NCBI GenBank assembly: GCA_002328075.1
Contig: DCVT01000015.1
Span: 75,971-139,970 of the forward strand
Length of the DNA: 64,000 nucleotides
Source of the DNA: Anaerolineales bacterium UBA2181
GTDB taxonomy: Bacteria > Chloroflexota > Anaerolineae > Promineifilales > UBA4811
Direction: 5' to 3'
Below the pieces are notes generated by a model. The model did not search any database. It saw only the letters and a program-made list of their open reading frames with translations, and was not told where the DNA came from. The translations under genes were made by a program, and so were the position numbers. This document shows positions 55,795 through 63,121 of the stretch, in pieces; the stretch's first letter is position 1; the number at the start of each line of letters is the position of its first letter.

Positions 55795-55806
55795 GCAACC
55801 TGCCTT

Positions 55807-58281
55807 TCACTGACCGAATGTGAACCGCTGAAAGCTAGCCGGTTGCTCCCAGTTCTGGGACCAGTCCACGGCGGCAGCCAGTATCACATACTCATTGGGC
55901 TGCAAACCCCACTCGTCACCCTTTTGATCGGTTTCATTGCTGCTGCACCGCACCATATCGCTTTCGGTGAGTCGAAGCGACAGGTCTCCGTACACGTTCC
56001 AGGTCTGTCCGCAGTCCAGGCTGTAATGGATCTCGCGAACTCCTTGTCGGCTTTCGTCCTGGCCCTGCAACTCCACGGTGACGGTCCCGATGTATACGCC
56101 GGTCGTCTGTACGCCGAACAGACGGATGGTCGTCTTGGGTGGGATGATGTCTTCAATCGGCCGGCCTGTGACGGTGTATTTGCCGGGCAGGTTCAGGAAC
56201 ACTTCGACGTATGGCCGGCCGCTCTGGTCAGCCAAAACGCGCGATTCGGGCACCACGACCCAGTTTCCTAACCCCGTGGCCGAATCGATCTCGTATCGGT
56301 GCACCTTGATCGATGCCAAATCCACCTTGCTGACATTCGCCCGGGTCAACCACACGGGAACCCGAGTGGGATTGGCGGGATCGGCAGTGGTAAAGATAAA
56401 GGTGGCCAGGCTGACAAGGCCCTGGAACGGAGTCGGGTCCAACTGGCGGCGGCTCTGGACCTGAGTGCACCCACCTCCTTCTTCAGCCGGGTCCCACGTG
56501 TGTATCCACAGGTATTCACTGCCGCCGCACCCTATTGCGTCCATGGGATCAACCTGCATCTCGAGGCTGGGGCTAAAACCGTAGGGGTCGATGGCTTCGG
56601 CCAATTCGAACCGCCCGTTGTTGTTGCAGTCACGCCGGACCTCGAAATGGAGGTGGTGCCCTGTGCTATTCCCGGTGTTTCCCATGGTGCCGATGCGTTC
56701 TCCCTGCTGGATCCTGGTTCCGGGTGCCAGGGCGAGCATCCGGTCAAAGTGGGCATCCGGCTCCAGGTGTAGATAGCTGGTCTGGTATTTGCCGCGGTCG
56801 ACGCGGTCGTGGGTGAGCAGCACATAGTTGTTGCCCAGACTGTCAGTTCCGGCCCCGGCAAAAACGGCGTCGGCCACCGCCAAGAGGGCTGTCTCGATGG
56901 GCGTGTTGACCCTTTGCCAACCATAGACGGAAAAGTCATACCCTGGATGACCGCTGTAGAAATCGCCGCTCTGGCCCGGGTTGGACGTCCGATCCAGGCT
57001 GATGGAGCCGTCAAAGAGGACCATGGTGTCGCGGGCCTGAAGCGAGTCGATGACGTCAGCCTCGCCGCGGTAGAGGGGGAACTGGTGGTCAAAAAAGCTG
57101 TTGATGCGCCCGCCAGCTGCCGTCCTTTGGGATGCAGCGCGGAACTGCTCGGCCGTGCCGAATCCCTGGTTCTTGCCGTCGTAAGGAAAGGGCAACTCCA
57201 TCCAACCGCCCGACTGCGGGGTGCAACCGGGCAGCGGCGCGTAGGTAGGGGTGGGTGAGGGCAGCATGACGCCAGTGCTGGTAGAGACAGTCGGGCGCGG
57301 GGTCTGAGTGGCCACGTCAACGGCAGTCGGAGGAACCGGAGTCATGGTGGCCTCCACGGGTTCGGTGGGCGAGATCTGCAGCTCGGCCACCGGCGTCGGC
57401 GTGGGCCGCAAGAATACCTGATACAGGCCGGCGCTGATGCCCACCAATAAACAAAGACCTCCAAATACCATGGAGACCGGCAGCCACGGAAGGTGGCGCA
57501 GCCATTCGAGCCAGACCGCGCCGCCCGGCACCGAAGTTTTCTCGCCGGTCTCTGCCGTGACGACCTGGTCGCCCAAAGGCGCTGGTGCTGCCTCTGCCCA
57601 CTGGATCAGCGCGAACGGCCCCAGCTGAAGGTGGGTACCTTCCGGCCAAACCTGTGCCGTGTTGGCCGGCAGCGCCTCGTTGCCTATTCGGGTTGTATCG
57701 CGCTGGCTCAGGTCGGTTACCCACAACTGGTTTCCCTTCTGGTGTACGCGACACTGCTGGAGCGACACACCAGGATCGTCCAGCACCATATCGCATTTCG
57801 AATCCCGGCCTATCAGGATCGGTTGGTCACCTACCTTCACCGTCGAGGGCCGCCCGTGACCACAGGCAATCCTCCATGTGCGACTGGCGGTGAGAGGATG
57901 ACGTTCCACAACCTCCGGCTTGGCGGCAGAAGCGGCCACCGGTGGCTCAGGGCGGCGCTGCCGCGAAGCGGATTCCTCCAACTGGAGGGAAAACGGGCCA
58001 ATTCGCAGCTCCTGGTCTGGCATCCACCGGGCGCGCTGTCCCGGCTCCAACCGGTTGGAACCTAGGTAGGTGCCGTTGTGGCTTCCCAAGTCGGTCACCG
58101 TCACACGGCCGTCCGCGGTTTCCATCTGGCAGTGGCGTCGAGAGACCTTGGGGTCGTCAAGCTGAAGGTCGCACGACGGGTCGCGCCCAATTACCTGGAC
58201 ACTGACCTCCAGATTCACCCTGCGTTCGGGTTGGTCGTTATGGCGGACCTTGAGAGCTACTTGACGTGAGGACGCATCCAT
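55807..58281 (-). CDS. FHA - FHA(degenerate) - TM - M23 peptidase - Ig-like protein
   Basis: FHA1 reads VIGRD..VSRRHCQM..GSHNGTY. FHA2 reads LIGRD..VSLQQCRV..SQRDTT. The TM is WLPVSMVFGGLCLLVGISAGL. The M23 motifs are HPGYDF, TGNSTGHHLHFEV. Confidence 0.75.
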   Translation of the reverse strand: MDASSRQVALKVRHNDQPERRVNLEVSVQVIGRDPSCDLQLDDPKVSRRHCQMETADGRVTVTDLGSHNGTYLGSNRLEPGQRARWMPDQELRIGPFSLQLEESASRQRRPEPPVAASAAKPEVVERHPLTASRTWRIACGHGRPSTVKVGDQPILIGRDSKCDMVLDDPGVSLQQCRVHQKGNQLWVTDLSQRDTTRIGNEALPANTAQVWPEGTHLQLGPFALIQWAEAAPAPLGDQVVTAETGEKTSVPGGAVWLEWLRHLPWLPVSMVFGGLCLLVGISAGLYQVFLRPTPTPVAELQISPTEPVEATMTPVPPTAVDVATQTPRPTVSTSTGVMLPSPTPTYAPLPGCTPQSGGWMELPFPYDGKNQGFGTAEQFRAASQRTAAGGRINSFFDHQFPLYRGEADVIDSLQARDTMVLFDGSISLDRTSNPGQSGDFYSGHPGYDFSVYGWQRVNTPIETALLAVADAVFAGAGTDSLGNNYVLLTHDRVDRGKYQTSYLHLEPDAHFDRMLALAPGTRIQQGERIGTMGNTGNSTGHHLHFEVRRDCNNNGRFELAEAIDPYGFSPSLEMQVDPMDAIGCGGSEYLWIHTWDPAEEGGGCTQVQSRRQLDPTPFQGLVSLATFIFTTADPANPTRVPVWLTRANVSKVDLASIKVHRYEIDSATGLGNWVVVPESRVLADQSGRPYVEVFLNLPGKYTVTGRPIEDIIPPKTTIRLFGVQTTGVYIGTVTVELQGQDESRQGVREIHYSLDCGQTWNVYGDLSLRLTESDMVRCSSNETDQKGDEWGLQPNEYVILAAAVDWSQNWEQPASFQRFTFGQ

Positions 58282-58363
58282 TGTATTGTTCTACTATCAT
58301 CTAGTTCGCGCGTCATATCTTTATCAGTTCCACTTTTGCGGAACTATGGGAGACGAGGTGATC

Positions 58364-60295
58364 ATGAAGCGCATCTGCACACACTATTATATTCCCTTTT
58401 TGCTTCTCGCGCTGCTATTAGCCCCAGTTTCGGCCGGTGCTCAGGATTCACCGTCGCGAATCCAGATCTCGTGGTTGGATACCAGTCATTTTCCGCAGAT
58501 CGAAGTCCATCTGATCGCTTCCAAACCCACGGGTGGCCGATTCCAGGGTTTGTTTGTCAACTCGCTTCAGGTCACCGAAAACGGAACTGCACGCGATCCA
58601 TCCATGTACGATGCTCCTCGGGGCACCGCGATTACCTTTCTCATTGACGCGGATCAGAAGGCCCAAGCAGAATGGGACCAGATTCGGCAGGGAATCGAGA
58701 GTTACGTCTCGGCTACCGAGAGCTGGATGGATGAGGATTTGGATGTGACCACCCTTATTGTGGCTAACGGCGGCGATTGGCGCGTCCTTGTGCAGGACAC
58801 ACCTTTTCGGAACGATGTGCTGAATGCCTTCATCACTGACACCGGTGCGTATTATCAGCCAACTTTCCATCCCGTTACTCCGCTCTATGACCTGGCATAC
58901 CAGGCGCTACAGGGGATGCCTGCCAAGACCCCGACTCCGGGCATGTACCGGGCGCTCGTGCTGCTGTCCAGCGGGGATCCCGGCGCCAGCACGTCCAGCC
59001 CGGAAGCGGTGGTGTCACTGGCCAAGGAGATGGGCGTTCCGCTGTTCGCGGTGCTTGTCGGCGACAGTGCGGCTGGCGAGACCATCATGCAGCAGTTGGC
59101 CAGCAACAGCGGAGGTCAGTTCCTGCGACTTGATCCGTCCCAAACCCTGGTTCCGCTCTGGCAAGCGCTGAGCAGCCATCACGAGCAGTATGTGATCAGC
59201 TATCGCTCGGGAATCGTGTCCTCCGGAGCGCACAATGTCAAGGTTCTGGTGAGCGAAGGAGTCCAGGACACTCAGGCATTCGACATTACCATTCTCAACC
59301 CGGGTGTGGAGATCACGTTGCCCGAAGCCAACGCCACCATCCTGCGCAAACCGACTGAGTCCAGCGCCGACGTGAGCGGCTTTGAACCAAGTATCCAGGC
59401 GGTAAAATACCTGTGGACCTGGCCGGATGGTTTCGAGCGCAAGGTAAACCAGGTTCAGCTGCGCGTCAATGGCGCTGTCCAACTACAACTCGACCTCACC
59501 GCGACCGATGACCGTAGCCTGACGTGGGACATTTCGACGCTCCCATCGGGTCGGTATTCTATCCGGGTAGAGGTGACCGACGAACTGGGTCTCACCGGTG
59601 TGAGTGCCGAGATACCGGTGACGATACAACTGCAAACATCGGAACCTACGGTGGCACCAGAGCCGACCGCCCAACCTACTCCCGGGCCAAGCTTCGTGGA
59701 CAATGCCCTCAAGACTGCCAAGAAGAACCTGCCCTGGATTGGTGCCGGTGGTCTGTCCCTGTCGGCTCTCTTGGTCACCTTTTTCATGTTCAAGCGGCGG
59801 CTGGCCTTCGCGGGAAAGACCCCAGTGGGTTTCCTTAGGAGCCTGCCCTTTCTCAGGCCGCTGGACCGCGCACTCCGGACGATCGAGCGGGTAACGGGAC
59901 CCATTGGCGTACCCAAACCCAAGAAACCTGATGTCAAGGCACCCGCACGCGCCAAATCGAGCGGTGCGGCGGTTGAGAAAACGCCAGCGGCACCGGCCGC
60001 GCGCGTGGAAGTGACGCAAGGGCCCTCGCTGCCGGGTCCGGTGGAGATCATCGAGGAGACCAGCTTCGGACGTTCGGCCGAGCAAGCCGGAGTGGCGCTG
60101 GTGGACGCGACGGTCTCCCGGCGTCATGCGAGCATCCTTCCCGAATTCGGCGGCAAATACCGGATTTACAATCATAGTCCTCAGCAGACCTGGGTTAACG
60201 AACAACGAGTTCCGGAACACGGGCTGTTGCTGGAGGACGGCGACGAAATCCGGATGGGCAAGGTCAAGATGAAGTTTGTTCATCGGCGAAGGTAG
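58364..60295 (+). CDS. Signal peptide - VWA-like - Ig-like - TM - FHA protein (paralogous architecture to 48046..50337)
   Basis: The signal is MKRICTHYYIPFLLLALLLAPVSAGA. The VWA-like core has a degenerate MIDAS (ITFLIDADQK ... LVLLSSGD). The TM is GAGGLSLSALLVTFFMF. The C-terminal FHA reads SFGRS..VSRRHASI. A GAGGTG RBS precedes ATG 58364. Confidence 0.65.
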   Translation: MKRICTHYYIPFLLLALLLAPVSAGAQDSPSRIQISWLDTSHFPQIEVHLIASKPTGGRFQGLFVNSLQVTENGTARDPSMYDAPRGTAITFLIDADQKAQAEWDQIRQGIESYVSATESWMDEDLDVTTLIVANGGDWRVLVQDTPFRNDVLNAFITDTGAYYQPTFHPVTPLYDLAYQALQGMPAKTPTPGMYRALVLLSSGDPGASTSSPEAVVSLAKEMGVPLFAVLVGDSAAGETIMQQLASNSGGQFLRLDPSQTLVPLWQALSSHHEQYVISYRSGIVSSGAHNVKVLVSEGVQDTQAFDITILNPGVEITLPEANATILRKPTESSADVSGFEPSIQAVKYLWTWPDGFERKVNQVQLRVNGAVQLQLDLTATDDRSLTWDISTLPSGRYSIRVEVTDELGLTGVSAEIPVTIQLQTSEPTVAPEPTAQPTPGPSFVDNALKTAKKNLPWIGAGGLSLSALLVTFFMFKRRLAFAGKTPVGFLRSLPFLRPLDRALRTIERVTGPIGVPKPKKPDVKAPARAKSSGAAVEKTPAAPAARVEVTQGPSLPGPVEIIEETSFGRSAEQAGVALVDATVSRRHASILPEFGGKYRIYNHSPQQTWVNEQRVPEHGLLLEDGDEIRMGKVKMKFVHRRR

Positions 60296-60324
60296 CCAAC
60301 CAAAGCCGGCGGCCCCCGAGCTAC

Positions 60325-61941
60325 CTATTCGCTCAACGAGATGATGTAGGGCCCGATTCTGATGTCAGTGCCCGCAGCCCATGGCTCCAATTGCTGGGCT
60401 TCCAGGCGTCGGTCCTCCATTACCGTGCCATTGGTGGTGCCCAGATCTTTGACTTTGACCTGTTTACCGTCCCAAAAGATGGCGCAGTGTCGTTTGGAGA
60501 CCCCCGGATCGGCGATGACCATGTCGCAATCGGGCAGCCGGCCGATGTAGACCGGTTTTGCACCGAGGGCGACGACGGACGGCTTTCCGTCATCACAGCG
60601 GATGGTCGGAACCTGGAGATCTGGCTCCGGTTCAGGAGGCGGAGCGGTCGGCGATGGTTGGGCAGGCATTTGCCCCCAGTACAGCGTAAACAATCCCAAA
60701 CGCAAGGGGACACCCTTGGGCCAGGTCGTTGGGACGTCGGGCCCCAATTCCTCCTCGGCCAGGAAGGTCTTGTTGGTGCTGTGCAGGTCCCGCACTTTCA
60801 TCTCAGAGTTTATCCGCCGAATCTCGCAGTGGCGTTTGGAGATTTGGCGGTCTTCTGAATCAAGCAACAGGTCGGCCGGCGGCAGACGACCGGCGACGAC
60901 CACATCGCTTTTCATGGCAAAGTGGTCGACCGGCCGATCCTGATAAAAAACCTGAATCAGGACTGATGCCTGCTCGGATGACCATCCCTCCGCTTCTGAA
61001 GGGGTCACCACGGCGCCGGCTTGCACCTGGAAACCCTCCCCGGTCGGCACCGGGGTAAGGGTTGGTGACAGTTTGGCCAATTGGTCGGCAACAGCGCCAG
61101 CAGATGGTGGCCGTTGGGTTCGATCCTTGGCCAACATGGCCAGAACAAGTCTGTCGATGCTGGCAGGAAGGCCAGCCAGGTGAGAGCTGGGCGGCGGCGG
61201 CGATTGGCTCCCATGGTAGTAGACGGCTTGAGCCAACGTAGATACCGGAAAAGGACGTTGGCCGGTGAGTACCTCGTACAGCATGACACCCAGCGAATAG
61301 ATGTCCGAGGACTCGTTGAGCGACTCACCACGGCACTGCTCCGGCGACATGTAGTGCGGGGTACCGATCCTTTGCGTCGTGTGCACCGAGACGCCGGGAG
61401 CCACGCGCAGACGCGCCAGGCCGAAATCGCTGATCACAGGATGATAAGGGCATCCGAATTCGCCGGTCCCAGGGGTCGTGCCGGTTTCCAGGAGAATGTT
61501 GTCTGGTTTGAGGTCCAGATGAAGCACTCCCTGTGAATGTGCATAGTCCAGCGCCCGGCATACCTGTTCCATGATGGCCACCCCGATGGATGTTGGTAGG
61601 CCAAACGGCGAATCACGCAATAGGGTGCGCATGGTGGGCCCGGTGACCAGGTCCATCATCAAGAAGGTAACGCCGGTAGCGTCGTGGCGACCAAAATTGC
61701 GGACGCGCACGATATTGGGATGCTTCAGCCGGGCTACTGTCTGTGCTTCGCGTTTGAACTGCGCGTAGAAACCCTCCCGCTCCGCCAGCTCTGGACGCAT
61801 CACCTTGACGGCCACGGTCAACTCGAGATCCGGATGCTGGGCCCGGTAGACCATGCCCATGCCACCCTCTCCCAGCTTTTCCTGGATGACGTAGTTGAGA
61901 AAGTTGGCGCCGATCAGCGCGTCCCTGTTGGAAGGGGGCAT
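60325..61941 (-). CDS. Cytoplasmic non-RD Ser/Thr kinase with two C-terminal FHA domains
   Basis: GEGGMGMV, VAVKVM, HLDLKPDN (Leu in place of the RD Arg), DFGLA and SPEQ. FHA1 reads VAGRL..ISKRHCEI..HSTNKTF. FHA2 reads YIGRL..VSKRHCAI..GTTNGTV. It starts 10 nt after the stop of the FHA::gpI gene. Confidence 0.8.
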   Translation of the reverse strand: MPPSNRDALIGANFLNYVIQEKLGEGGMGMVYRAQHPDLELTVAVKVMRPELAEREGFYAQFKREAQTVARLKHPNIVRVRNFGRHDATGVTFLMMDLVTGPTMRTLLRDSPFGLPTSIGVAIMEQVCRALDYAHSQGVLHLDLKPDNILLETGTTPGTGEFGCPYHPVISDFGLARLRVAPGVSVHTTQRIGTPHYMSPEQCRGESLNESSDIYSLGVMLYEVLTGQRPFPVSTLAQAVYYHGSQSPPPPSSHLAGLPASIDRLVLAMLAKDRTQRPPSAGAVADQLAKLSPTLTPVPTGEGFQVQAGAVVTPSEAEGWSSEQASVLIQVFYQDRPVDHFAMKSDVVVAGRLPPADLLLDSEDRQISKRHCEIRRINSEMKVRDLHSTNKTFLAEEELGPDVPTTWPKGVPLRLGLFTLYWGQMPAQPSPTAPPPEPEPDLQVPTIRCDDGKPSVVALGAKPVYIGRLPDCDMVIADPGVSKRHCAIFWDGKQVKVKDLGTTNGTVMEDRRLEAQQLEPWAAGTDIRIGPYIISLSE

Positions 61942-61951
61942 ACAAGAGCTT

Positions 61952-63121
61952 TCAGGCTGTGGGTGGTTTATCTTTGTCTGCTGGTGGCTGGTCGGCCGTC
62001 GGATCCACGGGTTGGCTGGACACGTCTGGAGGCGGCGCAGCTACCTCGGCAGCCGCGTCCGGCGCGGGTTTATCACCTGCAGCTGGAGCGGTTCCCTTTT
62101 CTGGTTTGGGTTTCTTGGGTTTGGCGGCGGGTGGGGGGACCGGCGGCGGCTCTGGCGGTTCCGCGTGCTCGATCACCAATTCATAGGCTGTCTGCGCTGG
62201 CTTTTCGTTCTGGATGATCTGGTGCACCAGCTCTTCGTCTACCTGTTGTTCTGATGGAACCCGGAGGGTGACACGGAAGGTGTGTGGACGCTCCAACACG
62301 TCTTCGATCACCGGTGTCACGGCGGCGTATATCTCCAAATAGCGGCTCAAACCATGACGGGTGCCTCGCCAGCGATAGAGCTCACTGGCACTGCGAATCA
62401 GGTCCCTCCGATGTGCCTCTGGCCAGTTTTCGTTCAAGGTAAGGTCCAGCCAGGCGGCAAACCAGGGCAGTGTGTCGGCCGGTTGCGTGCGGGGATCCAA
62501 TATCAGAGGAAGGTGGTCAGCAATTTGCTCGATCGGCGCCAGGATGGACTCGAAGATGAGTAGGAAGCGATCCATCAGGCTGTCCTGAGAGAAGAACGAG
62601 GGCAAATGCTGCAGGTAACTACTGCGCGGGGGCAGACTCCAGCCGGTTACCGCACCCTCCGCAACGGGTCGAACCGGCTCAGCAAAGGTGAGGACGAACT
62701 CGTCATCCTCCGCAGGTGCCACGGGCTGGGGACCATAGTACACCAGGAGGTACTCCCCAATCCGGATGGTATCGCCCTCAATCAGCTGCCGCGGTTCGTT
62801 TGGCGCCAGTCTCTCATCGTTCAGGAAGGTGCCATTCTGGCTCCTCAAGTCCTCTATCCAGCAGCCCTCCAACCTACACAAGAGCCGACAGTGCCTCCGC
62901 GAGATGCCCTGGTCGGGAAGGACCAGCTCGTTGCCCATCTCCCGTCCAAACCGGAACTCCTCGCGGTTGAGCCGTACGGTCCGGACTGCCTGCCCAGTCT
63001 TTCGTCGCAGGGCCAGAGAACCAAAATCCTGCGGGAAGGCTGGCAAAGAACTCTCCCCCGACGCTGGGGATGCCATCCACCCTTCCTGACCAACAGGTGC
63101 CCTGGGATTGTGATCGCTCAT
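61952..63121 (-). CDS. FHA domain fused to phage P2 gpI / Afp12-like baseplate wedge protein, with Pro/Ala/Lys-rich C-terminal tail
   Basis: The N-terminal FHA reads FRFGRE..ISRRHCRL..LRSQNGTF. The central part is gpI-like (DPRTQPADTLPWFAAWLDLTLNENWPEAHRRDLIRSASELYRWRGTRHGLSRYLE). It overlaps the baseplate J gene as ATGA at 63118-63121. Confidence 0.7.
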   Translation of the reverse strand: MSDHNPRAPVGQEGWMASPASGESSLPAFPQDFGSLALRRKTGQAVRTVRLNREEFRFGREMGNELVLPDQGISRRHCRLLCRLEGCWIEDLRSQNGTFLNDERLAPNEPRQLIEGDTIRIGEYLLVYYGPQPVAPAEDDEFVLTFAEPVRPVAEGAVTGWSLPPRSSYLQHLPSFFSQDSLMDRFLLIFESILAPIEQIADHLPLILDPRTQPADTLPWFAAWLDLTLNENWPEAHRRDLIRSASELYRWRGTRHGLSRYLEIYAAVTPVIEDVLERPHTFRVTLRVPSEQQVDEELVHQIIQNEKPAQTAYELVIEHAEPPEPPPVPPPAAKPKKPKPEKGTAPAAGDKPAPDAAAEVAAPPPDVSSQPVDPTADQPPADKDKPPTA

